Origin: Bacillota bacterium
GTDB taxonomy: Bacteria > Bacillota > Clostridia > Christensenellales > CAG-917
Length of the DNA stretch: 28,693 bases
Assembly: GCA_050873585.1 (NCBI GenBank)
Contig: JBNMJA010000006.1
Location: 1 to 28,693 of the forward strand
Reading direction: 5' to 3'
Positions 1 through 7,751 of the stretch are shown one piece after another (within the stretch, counting starts at the first letter, position 1; each line of letters begins with the position of its first letter). The translations under genes were made by a program, and so were the position numbers. The notes under the pieces are model-generated. The model was not told the DNA's origin, ran no database searches, and was given only the letters and a program-made list of their open reading frames with translations.

Positions 1-700
1 ATGTGTTGTAGAGGTTGAGATAGTAGCCGAGATTTTGATCGAGCACAGGTCCGTGAAGGGGGCATATTTTTTCAATGTCAAGACCTGCGATTTTTTTGAA
101 GAGGTTTTGCACCTGCACGCCGTATTTGCCGACTATGCCGAAATAATATCTTCTTGCCTCGCAAGCCCAGTCGTCGTCCTCTACGTCAAGCGCGCCGAAT
201 TTTCCGAATGCGTCGGCTGAGAAAAACACTTTGTCGGTCTTGTCGTAAGTCATCACGACTTCGGGCCAGTGAACCATGGGCGCGGTGACGAATAAAAATT
301 CGTGTCTACCTGTATTAAGCGTGCTGCCGTCGCCGACGACGATACGTCTTTGCTCGAAAGAATCGCCGAAATAGTTTTGCATCATTGCAAACGCCTTTTG
401 AGAAGATACGACGGTGGCACTCGGGTATGCCGCCATAAACGCCGCAACGTTTGCGGAGTGGTCGGGCTCCATATGCTGTACTACGAAATAATTGGGCGTT
501 TTGCCCTCAAGCGCTTCGGACAGATTGGCAAGCCACTCTTTGCAAAAGTGTGCGTCAACGCTGTCGAAAACGGTGATTTTGTCGTCGAAAACGACGTAGG
601 AATTGTAGGACATTCCGTTTGGAACGACGTACTGTCCTTCAAACAAATCGACTTTGTGGTCGTTTACGCCGATATATTTTATATCGTTTGTGATTTTCAT
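1..700 (-). CDS. Flavodiiron protein (FprA/flavorubredoxin family), N-terminal metallo-beta-lactamase-like domain; 3' end lies beyond the window
   Basis: Absent from the ORF track because it runs off the edge. The reverse complement from the ATG at 698-700 reads MKITNDIKYIGVNDHKVDLFEGQYVVPNGMSYNSYVV...YFVVQHMEPDHSANV...MVHWPEVVMTYD. It carries the HxExDH di-iron motif typical of flavodiiron proteins. AGGAG lies 6 nt upstream of the ATG. Confidence 0.8.
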   Translation of the reverse strand, partial: MKITNDIKYIGVNDHKVDLFEGQYVVPNGMSYNSYVVFDDKITVFDSVDAHFCKEWLANLSEALEGKTPNYFVVQHMEPDHSANVAAFMAAYPSATVVSSQKAFAMMQNYFGDSFEQRRIVVGDGSTLNTGRHEFLFVTAPMVHWPEVVMTYDKTDKVFFSADAFGKFGALDVEDDDWACEARRYYFGIVGKYGVQVQNLFKKIAGLDIEKICPLHGPVLDQNLGYYLNLYNT

Positions 701-914
701 AAGTTGCTCCTGTATATAAAAATTTGTGATTTCAAAAGATATTGTACCATATAAGTCAAAACATAAACAAGGAAAAATCACAGAGTGCGAATAATGATAA
801 AAAATAATAGTAAATAGTATATTAATAATCAAAATGACTATTTACTTTTGGTGCTATTTCATATAAACTATACAAGTGTACGGTATACCGTGCAAACGAA
901 ACAAGGGGGCAATT

Positions 915-2252
915 ATGAAGAAACTTTTGACTTCTCTCGTCATCGTCGTGCTCGTGGCGCTATGCGCGTTCACTTTTGCGGCTTGCGACGACGACGGCGG
1001 TGAAAAACTCAATATCGTGTTTCTTGGCGACTCTATCGCAGAGGCGTTGATAGGTGCGTCGCCCGTGAGCGAACGCGATAATTACGGCTATTACGCCATC
1101 GTCGGCAGAACCAACGATTTTAACTATTATAACCACTCTATGTCGGGGCATCTCACGTCGGGAAATATGGCGGATAAATCGGGCGAAGGTCTGCTTGAGG
1201 TTGTCTCGAGAAAAGACGAGAATGCGACTCTCATCCGCACGCATATCGTCGAGGCAGACGTGATACATATCTCGGTGCTTGGCAACAACATTTTGCAATA
1301 CAGCCTTGCCTCCCTGATGCTGGAAATGGCGGACAAACTCGCAAATATCGCACCCGGTAGCCCCGAAAGTTGGTATCAGGCGTGCTTCGACCGCGAAACG
1401 GACGAGAATCTGAAAGCAGAACTCAAAGCAAGATACGCGGACGACAAATCGCTCTTCGATTATCTGCACGACGGCGGTACGCTTGAAAACGTGCGTCCTT
1501 CCGTGTGGTCCGAAGACGGTGAGACCATTCACTTCGGCGATCGCAACGAGGGCAAAAATTTGGAAACGGCGGATCCGAAATTCAACTTCCCTCCCACATA
1601 TCAAAATATCGTCGATATCGTCGCTAAACTTCGCGAATTGAACCCCACGGCAAAAATCATATTCCAAAAAGTGTACAACCCCGTCTACGAGGGAACTACC
1701 CTCCTCAAAGAATCGGAATACGCCGCAATCGAGCAACGCATCGAAATGCTCGAACAAACGGGATATAAGTTTAAGGAAACTTCTAAAATTTCAAAAATAA
1801 GAGAACTTGCGGGACACCTTCTCGGCTTCCTCAACGGAATGCTTGACGAATACAATCAAAATCATCCCGAAAACACGGTGCTTACCCTCGATATTTGCAA
1901 GGCTTTTGACGACGTGACCAACACCGACGTCAAAAACGGCGAAGTCGATTTGTCCGCAAACGGTCTTGGCAGATCGCTCATATATCAAGACTTCACGCAC
2001 CCCTCTAACTTCGGACACGCCATAATCGCACAAGAAACGCAGAAAATGCTCGAGGATCTCGGCATCGCAAACGAAAACGCGCTTGCAAACTATAAGGCGA
2101 TAAAGTGCGACCAACTCGACAGAATATACTCGGGCGTTGAAGGATTTGACCTTCAAGCCGCAAAAGACGCGGTGAACAATGCGGAAACTTACTATGCAAC
2201 CACGAGAGCGTATTTTGACAAGACGGACGGATACGTCCCCGTCAACTATTGA
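915..2252 (+). CDS. SGNH/GDSL-family hydrolase lipoprotein
   Basis: Track ORF 876..2252, trimmed to the ATG at 915 (GGGGG RBS upstream). Signal peptide with lipobox (FTFAAC). GDS block (IVFLGDSIAEA) near the N-terminus and a DxxH block (QDFTHPS) near the C-terminus. Confidence 0.75.
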   Translation: MKKLLTSLVIVVLVALCAFTFAACDDDGGEKLNIVFLGDSIAEALIGASPVSERDNYGYYAIVGRTNDFNYYNHSMSGHLTSGNMADKSGEGLLEVVSRKDENATLIRTHIVEADVIHISVLGNNILQYSLASLMLEMADKLANIAPGSPESWYQACFDRETDENLKAELKARYADDKSLFDYLHDGGTLENVRPSVWSEDGETIHFGDRNEGKNLETADPKFNFPPTYQNIVDIVAKLRELNPTAKIIFQKVYNPVYEGTTLLKESEYAAIEQRIEMLEQTGYKFKETSKISKIRELAGHLLGFLNGMLDEYNQNHPENTVLTLDICKAFDDVTNTDVKNGEVDLSANGLGRSLIYQDFTHPSNFGHAIIAQETQKMLEDLGIANENALANYKAIKCDQLDRIYSGVEGFDLQAAKDAVNNAETYYATTRAYFDKTDGYVPVNY

Positions 2253-2268
2253 TGAGGAGGTAAGAAAC

Positions 2269-3063
2269 ATGAAAAAATCCGTTGTTAAAATCTTTGCAAT
2301 CTCCATAGTTTTGGCAATGCTTCTCTCTTGCGTGTTTGCGCTGTGCGCCTGCGACGAAAAAGACGACTCAAAATTTGAAAACGATACCCGTTTTGACGTT
2401 GACTACGACAACCTCAACATTATGGGTATGAATAAATTTCTCGTAAAAGCCATTAAGGGTGCGGCGATCGATGACGAGAACACGTACTTCGAGTTCAAAA
2501 AAGACGGGACGATGCATATGCAGATCCAAACCAAAAAAGGTCTGTTCGGCAGTATTCCGCAATTGCTGAAAACACTCGAATCAGCCAATATAAAAATCGA
2601 TATCGCCTCTGCCCTCGAAACGTTTGACGTCAAAGGAAGCGTGGACAAATACGTCGAGCCTATGTTCCCCGGCTTCACGCAAAAGCTCAAAGAGTACGAC
2701 CTCAAAGGCGCGCTTGGGCTGATTCAACACAGCCTCGGATTCAATATCGACGGACTCGACCTCGAGAACGAGAAAGTCAAAGCCGCAGTCAAATACGTCG
2801 GCGACAATATGGCGCTGCCCGCCGACTTGCTCGAAGCAATCCCGAGCGATACGGTGCTTCGCCTCACTCTCGACACAGAGTATGCTATCCGCAATCTCAC
2901 CGCTTACGACGGAACGCAATTTAGAGCGATTTATCTCGGATACAAGGTGAAAGACAATCCGCAAACCGCTCCGTTCGGCGTGTTTACGCTCACGGAAAAC
3001 GATACGGTGGGGCGTTTGTCGATAGAGTTTATGAACATACACATAGCAATCAAACAGCACTGA
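2269..3063 (+). CDS. Putative lipoprotein of unknown function
   Basis: Track ORF 2179..3063, trimmed to the ATG at 2269 preceded by GAGGAGG. The N-terminus MKKSVVKIFAISIVLAMLLSCVFALCAC is a lipoprotein signal with a lipobox. I recognise no domain. Confidence 0.65.
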   Translation: MKKSVVKIFAISIVLAMLLSCVFALCACDEKDDSKFENDTRFDVDYDNLNIMGMNKFLVKAIKGAAIDDENTYFEFKKDGTMHMQIQTKKGLFGSIPQLLKTLESANIKIDIASALETFDVKGSVDKYVEPMFPGFTQKLKEYDLKGALGLIQHSLGFNIDGLDLENEKVKAAVKYVGDNMALPADLLEAIPSDTVLRLTLDTEYAIRNLTAYDGTQFRAIYLGYKVKDNPQTAPFGVFTLTENDTVGRLSIEFMNIHIAIKQH

Positions 3064-3077
3064 ATCACACCTAACCG

Positions 3078-3116
3078 AAAAAACAGCCTCTCGAAAAACG
3101 AGAGGCTGTTTTTTTG
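3078..3116. terminator. Bidirectional intrinsic terminator
   Basis: Perfect 11-bp stem ACAGCCTCTCG/CGAGAGGCTGT with an AAAAA loop, an A-run upstream and a T7 run downstream. Confidence 0.85.
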
Positions 3117-3140
3117 CATGAGCACAAACGTGTATGTCGG

Positions 3141-3597
3141 GTACTTAAAATGCAACTTCCCCTTTCCTCACGTGTTTGGACTTCGGCGTTTGCGCAGTGC
3201 AATCCGCCTCGTTCGCTTTGGCTACAATTCGTCCACTGGACGGATTGTTTAACGCGTCGCGCCCATATCGCCGTTCCCCCTCTGCACTCTGTTTGAGGGA
3301 ACCCACGGCGACCGCGTAGCGGGGGACAACACTCGGCACTCACATAGAAAAGTACCGTTCACTACTTATGCCACTTCGCCTGCGTGGCGGCTTCGCAACA
3401 GAATGCCACGCATTCTCGTACTGCGCATCAAGTTCGGCGCTCCCTTGGGTCGGCGCCCTGCGCCTCCAATTCCGTCTTCGAATGGCAGATACCGTGTATA
3501 TGTACACCCTGAATGAGTGAACGTTAAGAAGTCCGCTCTGCAAGTTCGCGGTCGGTGGTATTGTTCCGTCTTCAAAAGAATAGATGTGGTCAAAATG
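3141..3597. repeat. Copy 1 of a paralogous non-coding element (candidate structured RNA or extragenic repeat), unclassified
   Basis: Collinear blocks shared with 22999-23395: 3141-3177 vs 22999-23035 (34/37 identical), 3266-3336 vs 23040-23110 (68/71), 3448-3484 vs 23225-23261 (34/37), 3510-3558 vs 23288-23336 (44/49). The centre is diverged. Copy 1 has an 87-nt insertion (3178-3264). No reading frame is conserved between the copies. Confidence 0.7.
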
Positions 3598-3706
3598 TGA
3601 TAAATCGATGCATAACGAGAAAGGCACGGCTTGAACAGAAACCCAACGTACTATTACGTACGTGATTTTGAGGCAAGCCGTGCCTGACACAGTTATTCGC
3701 GATTTA
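3588..3706 (-). repeat. Hairpin module A (conserved flanks, 12-bp outer stem, inner hairpin)
   Basis: Left flank GGTCAAAATGTGATAAATCGATG. Stem AGGCACGGCTTG (3622-3633) pairs with CAAGCCGTGCCT (3674-3685). Inner stem ACGTAC/GTACGT. Right flank GACACAGTTATTCGCGATTTA. On the minus strand the stem is followed by a pyrimidine/T-rich tract, so the strand call is tentative. Confidence 0.6.
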
Positions 3707-3719
3707 TAATTTCTCAACA

Positions 3720-3753
3720 GTCAAAGTGACTGTGTGAGATGAAGAACAAGGAA
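3720..3753 (-). repeat. Partial third copy of the module left flank (no hairpin)
   Basis: GTCAAAGTGACTGTGTGAGATGAAGAACAAGGAA. The last 16 nt (3738-3753) are identical to 3810-3825 in module B. Confidence 0.5.
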
Positions 3754-3790
3754 GATGCGTTTGCTAATGATTCTATATCTTTTTCATTAT

Positions 3791-3908
3791 GGTCAAACAG
3801 TGATAAATCGATGAAGAACAAGGAAACGCCCCTCGGGTGGCAACCCTAATGTACAATGCGTACATGAGTTGACAAACGAGGGGCGTTGACACAGTTATTC
3901 GCGATTTA
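3791..3908 (-). repeat. Hairpin module B, immediately 3' of ppiB; likely the ppiB terminator structure
   Basis: Same flanks as module A (3791-3813 and 3888-3908). The outer stem AACGCCCCTCG (3825-3835) pairs with CGAGGGGCGTT (3877-3887) and differs from A at 6 of 11 positions, all compensated. Inner stem ATGTAC/GTACAT. The right flank ends in the ppiB stop codon. Confidence 0.65.
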
Positions 3909-4418
3909 GCACTGTTTGACAAAATGGATGGTGTGAATGCGCTGCACCTCCACCGGCCTATCCGCCCTATCCGTCGGGGTGGCGGCAATGCGGTCAACCT
4001 CTTCGATGCCTTGAACGACTTTGCCGAAGGCGGCATATTGTCCGTCGAGGAATTTGGCGTCGGCGTGACAGATGAAGAATTGAGAGGACGCGGAATTGTA
4101 GAATTGAGAACGTGCCATGGAAATGACTCCGCGCTCGTGAGAGAGAGGATTGTTGACGCCGTTGACACGGAATTCGCCTTTGACGGTTTCTTTGCTACCG
4201 CCCATTCCCGTGCCTTGAGGGTCGCCGCCCTGAATCATAAAGCCCGAGATTACTCTGTGAAAAATAAGTCCGTCGTAGAAGTGTTGCGACACGAGTTTTT
4301 GAAAATTCTTTACGGTGAGAGGCGCGGCTTTTTCGTCAAGTTCGACGATAATCGAGTTGCCGTCGCACATCTCTATCTTTACGGTATCGGTGATTTCGTT
4401 TGTTTCAATATATGACAT
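3906..4418 (-). CDS. ppiB: Peptidyl-prolyl cis-trans isomerase, cyclophilin type
   Basis: 170-aa ORF with cyclophilin signatures (FHRVISGFMIQGGDP, SMARS...NSASSQFFI). AAGAGG RBS upstream of the ATG. Confidence 0.95.
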   Translation of the reverse strand: MSYIETNEITDTVKIEMCDGNSIIVELDEKAAPLTVKNFQKLVSQHFYDGLIFHRVISGFMIQGGDPQGTGMGGSKETVKGEFRVNGVNNPLSHERGVISMARSQFYNSASSQFFICHADAKFLDGQYAAFGKVVQGIEEVDRIAATPTDRADRPVEVQRIHTIHFVKQC

Positions 4419-4467
4419 AATATACCTCTTTATGTGTTGGTTTTGTGTTGATAAACGGTCGATTCTG

Positions 4468-5670
4468 TCAAAATCGATTTTTTAAGATTGCGGCTGCGAC
4501 TGCCTTTGCGCTTGAGAACGCCCACTGCAAATTGTATCCGCCCGAGTCGCCGTCAACGTCGAGCGCTTCGCCGATTGCATAAGCGTTTTTCACTTTGAGC
4601 GACATAAGGTCGTCGTCGAATTCCCTTACGTTCAAGCCGCCCGACATTGCCTGCGCAAGCGACACGTCGCCGAGTCCTTCGATGGTGAATTTGTAGTTTT
4701 TTATTGCGCTTGCAAGCGCGCCGATTTTGCTTTGAGCCAGGTCGTTTGCATCGCAACCCGCAGCCCAAATTACGCGCTCTTGCACCTTGCTGTGGAACGT
4801 CCCGAGGAGCAGTTCGCCGACCGTGTGGTTGTTGTTGCGCTTGGTCAATATGTCCTCGACTTCCGCTTTGGAATACTCGGGCATAAAGTCGATTGTGAGC
4901 ATATCGCCTATCTTCGCTCTGCCCCTTGCGATTTCACTCGACAAGTTGAAGACCGCTATTCCGCTCACGCCGAAGTCCTTGAAAAGCACCTCGCCCGTTT
5001 CGTATCTATATCCTATGCGCACGCCTGCTTTTACTCGCACGCCTTGCAGACCTTTGAGCGGTTCTTTGTCGGTTTTTATGGGAACGAGCGACGGAGTCAT
5101 CTCTCGCGCGTCGTGGCCGAGCGCGCGATAAAGGGATAGACTGTCTCGCCCGAAAGTCGCGGGAGAGCCCGTGGCAAGCACCACGCTGTCTGCCCTATAC
5201 GAGAACGATTCGTTGGGTTTTTCATCGTTTTTTATCACTCCGCCGACGGTAAATTCGTCGTTGAAATTCTCTACCGTGTTGACGAAATGCGACGTGAATA
5301 CTTGCGTGCGATTGCGTTCGATTGCCTTTCGCAATACGTCCAAAACCGTGGAGGCACACTCGCTGTACGGGTATACGCGCTTGTCAATCACCTTGGTGAT
5401 AAGACCCATTTTTTCAAAAGTGGCTATCGTGTCGTGAGCATCGAATCGGTCAAGAAAACTCTCGACGAAACTCGGCTTGTTGTAATGCACGATGTTCATA
5501 TCGAGATTGGTCAGATTGCACTTGCCGTTGCCCGTGGCTAAAAGTTTTTTGCCGACGCGCTCGTTGCTCTCAAGCACGGCTACGTTCATGCTCGGCGGGA
5601 GTTGGCTCGCCAAAAACAAGCCGCTCGCTCCGCCGCCTATTATTATTACGTCAAATTTTTTGATGTTCAT
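4468..5670 (-). CDS. HI0933/BaiN-family FAD-dependent oxidoreductase (aminoacetone-oxidase-like flavoprotein)
   Basis: 400-aa ORF. N-terminal dinucleotide-binding fold DVIIIGGGASGL, a TGNGKCNLTN block and a C-terminal GGYNLQWA block, all typical of this family. Confidence 0.85.
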   Translation of the reverse strand: MNIKKFDVIIIGGGASGLFLASQLPPSMNVAVLESNERVGKKLLATGNGKCNLTNLDMNIVHYNKPSFVESFLDRFDAHDTIATFEKMGLITKVIDKRVYPYSECASTVLDVLRKAIERNRTQVFTSHFVNTVENFNDEFTVGGVIKNDEKPNESFSYRADSVVLATGSPATFGRDSLSLYRALGHDAREMTPSLVPIKTDKEPLKGLQGVRVKAGVRIGYRYETGEVLFKDFGVSGIAVFNLSSEIARGRAKIGDMLTIDFMPEYSKAEVEDILTKRNNNHTVGELLLGTFHSKVQERVIWAAGCDANDLAQSKIGALASAIKNYKFTIEGLGDVSLAQAMSGGLNVREFDDDLMSLKVKNAYAIGEALDVDGDSGGYNLQWAFSSAKAVAAAILKNRF

Positions 5671-5743
5671 ACGCTTATTTTAGCACACGCGCCGCGTATA
5701 AGCAATCGCAAAAATAATCCGCTTGCGGCGCTCCTTGTAAAAA

Positions 5744-6679
5744 TCAGGAAAAATGCGTTTCGATAATGGAAAAAATATCGTCTACGGTCTTTGCTTTGCC
5801 GATTTCAACCCTTACGGCTTTTGCATCGCGACCGCCCTTTGCGTAATAACAAAGTTGCAACTTCATAACGTTCGCCACCGTGAAATCGCTCATATATTTG
5901 CGAAGCACGGCAATATGCTCGTATATATCCGACTTGACGTCGTGCGTGGCGTCCTTGCCCGTAAGTTCGGCAAAAATCCATGGTCTGCCGAGCGCGCCGC
6001 GACCTATCATATATCCGTCTGCGTGCGTGAGGGTCGCTACCCGATCCAAACTCGCCGCATCGACGATATCGCCGTTGGCTATCACGGGAATATCGAGCGA
6101 TTCCTTGACGGCTTTGGTGATCATATGATCCGCCTTTCCGCTGTAAAACTGCTCGCGATACCTCGGGTGTATGCACACCGCGCTCGCGCCGCCTTTCTGC
6201 GCCGCCAGAGCACATTCGACCGCCAAGGGTTTGCCGCTTTCTACGCCCGCGCGCATCTTTACCGTGACGGGGCGCTTTGCGCCTTCCTTCACCGCTTGCA
6301 CGATTTCGGTTATCAGCGAGGGGTTCTTCATAAGCGCACTGCCGTCGCCGTTGTTGAAAACCTTCTTCACCGGGCAACCCATGTTGATATCTACGATTTC
6401 AAACCGCGCAAGGCGTTCGTCCTTTGCGGCTTTGTACATAAACTCGGGGTCACTGCCGAAAAGTTGGACGGCACACGGCGTGGAATAATCCTCTCTTGCA
6501 AGCAACTCCTCGCTACCTTTGTTGCCGTAGCATAAACCTTTTGCGCTGACGAGTTCGGTGTACGTAAGTCCTGCGCCGTACTTTGCGCACATATGACGAA
6601 ACCCGACTTCCGAAAATCCGGCTATCGGGGCAAAAAATACGTTGTCGTTGAGTTGTACGTCGCCTATTTTGAGTTGCAT
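5744..6679 (-). CDS. dus: tRNA-dihydrouridine synthase
   Basis: 311-aa ORF with APIAGFSEVGFR, VDINMGCPVKKV and VTVKMR motifs of the Dus TIM-barrel family. Confidence 0.9.
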   Translation of the reverse strand: MQLKIGDVQLNDNVFFAPIAGFSEVGFRHMCAKYGAGLTYTELVSAKGLCYGNKGSEELLAREDYSTPCAVQLFGSDPEFMYKAAKDERLARFEIVDINMGCPVKKVFNNGDGSALMKNPSLITEIVQAVKEGAKRPVTVKMRAGVESGKPLAVECALAAQKGGASAVCIHPRYREQFYSGKADHMITKAVKESLDIPVIANGDIVDAASLDRVATLTHADGYMIGRGALGRPWIFAELTGKDATHDVKSDIYEHIAVLRKYMSDFTVANVMKLQLCYYAKGGRDAKAVRVEIGKAKTVDDIFSIIETHFS

Positions 6680-6698
6680 GCGTTTTCAATTGATGCGA

Positions 6699-7751
6699 TT
6701 AGTGATTTTCGGGGTGCTTCTCGCGGTCTTTGACTTTGTTCCAAATCGCGTCGAGTTCGTCAAGAGTGCAATCCGTCATCTCTCTGCCGCTTGATTTGAC
6801 TTCGCTCTCGACAGCGGAGAATCTGCGCATAAATTTTTTGTTCGCCTCGCGCAAAGCAAGTTCGGGTTCAACCTTGTAAAAACGAAGAGCATTGACGACG
6901 GCAAAAAGCAAATCGCCGCCCTCTTCCGTTCTGTGCGCGCTGTCGGCGGCTCTCAATTCCTCGGTTTCTTCGGCTATCTTTTGATACGCGCCCTCTACGT
7001 CGTCCCAGTCAAAGCCGACTTTTTTGGCGTACTTCTGAATCTTCTCGGCAAAAAGCAAGGCAGGAAGATTTTTGGGGACTCTGTCCATCTGGTCGGAAGC
7101 AGAGGCGTAATGCTTTTCTTTCTTCTTTGCCGCCTCCCAGAACACGAGCGCTTCGTCGGCGTTTGAGGCGTGATTGCTTCCGAATATGTGCGTGTGACGG
7201 TCTATGAGTTTTCTGCAAAGTCCCGTGACCATATCCATATAGTTAAATTCGCCGTTTTTTTGCGCGATTTCGGCGTGGAACACCGCTTGCATAAGCACGT
7301 CGCCGCACTCTTCTTTCATCGCCGCAACGTCCTTTTGGTCGATTGCGTCAACGAGTTCGTACGCCTCTTCGATGAGATTGATGCGTATGCTCTCGTGCGT
7401 TTGCGCTCTGTCCCACTCGCAACCGTCGTCGGCACGCAAGCGGTGCATAATCTGCTCTAAATCCGAAAAATCGAAACGCTTGCACTCAACGAGCGAAACG
7501 GCAGGCGCAATTATCGCGTCTTCGTCGCCCTTAAGGTCAGCAATGGTCGAGGGCTTGTCCTCGCCGTCTTTCTCTACAGTGAGTTCGACTTCGCCGTAGA
7601 CCTCGGCAAGTTTTGCCTTGATCGAGTCTACGTTGTCAAAATCGATTCCGTCTATGACGAGCGGAATGCGCTTGTTGAAAAAAACCGTAGACAAAAAATC
7701 TGCGGCTATGTAACGCTGATACGAGCCTTTGAGAACGTCATCGAGTTTCAT
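6699..7751 (-). CDS. mazG: MazG-family nucleoside triphosphate pyrophosphohydrolase with an N-terminal extension (YabN-like)
   Basis: Track ORF 6699..7886, trimmed to the ATG at 7749-7751 (GGGAG RBS). Two MazG repeats (EEAYELVDAI..., EETEELRAA...). Synteny spoVT-yabM-yabN as in Bacillus. Confidence 0.85.
   Translation of the reverse strand: MKLDDVLKGSYQRYIAADFLSTVFFNKRIPLVIDGIDFDNVDSIKAKLAEVYGEVELTVEKDGEDKPSTIADLKGDEDAIIAPAVSLVECKRFDFSDLEQIMHRLRADDGCEWDRAQTHESIRINLIEEAYELVDAIDQKDVAAMKEECGDVLMQAVFHAEIAQKNGEFNYMDMVTGLCRKLIDRHTHIFGSNHASNADEALVFWEAAKKKEKHYASASDQMDRVPKNLPALLFAEKIQKYAKKVGFDWDDVEGAYQKIAEETEELRAADSAHRTEEGGDLLFAVVNALRFYKVEPELALREANKKFMRRFSAVESEVKSSGREMTDCTLDELDAIWNKVKDREKHPENH

Noticed and set aside
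35-754. Plus-strand track ORFs 35-220 and 302-754.
   Set aside because: They lie antisense to the clearly homologous flavodiiron protein gene, which runs off the window edge on the minus strand.
725-790. TGTGATTT ... AAATCACA inverted pair upstream of the flavodiiron gene as a CRP/FNR or Rex site.
   Set aside because: The half sites are ~45 nt apart, not the 6-nt (or 4-nt for Rex) spacing of those operators, so no defined consensus is met.
3166-3177. CACGTG cores inside the repeat elements (also at 22961 and 23027) as additional parS sites.
   Set aside because: The flanks (CCTCACGTGTTT) do not fit TGTTNCACGTGAAACA on either side. Only the 6-bp palindromic core is shared.
3141-3597. Assigning the repeat element to a known RNA class (tmRNA, RNase P, SRP, 6S, T-box, c-di-AMP/ydaO, cobalamin, group II intron domain V).
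   Set aside because: I found only short word-level resemblances, such as GGGAACCCA...CGTAGCG versus ydaO and GATACCGTG versus the T-box. The hallmark motifs, size and gene context do not fit. This needs a covariance-model search rather than a guess.
3340-3717. ORFs across the repeat elements (3071-3343, 3145-3339, 3340-3717, 3366-3593 and 23039-23374, all minus; 3114-3296 plus).
   Set aside because: The translations are Arg-rich. The reading frame is not preserved between the two copies because the indels are not multiples of three and the stops differ. Conservation is at the nucleotide level.
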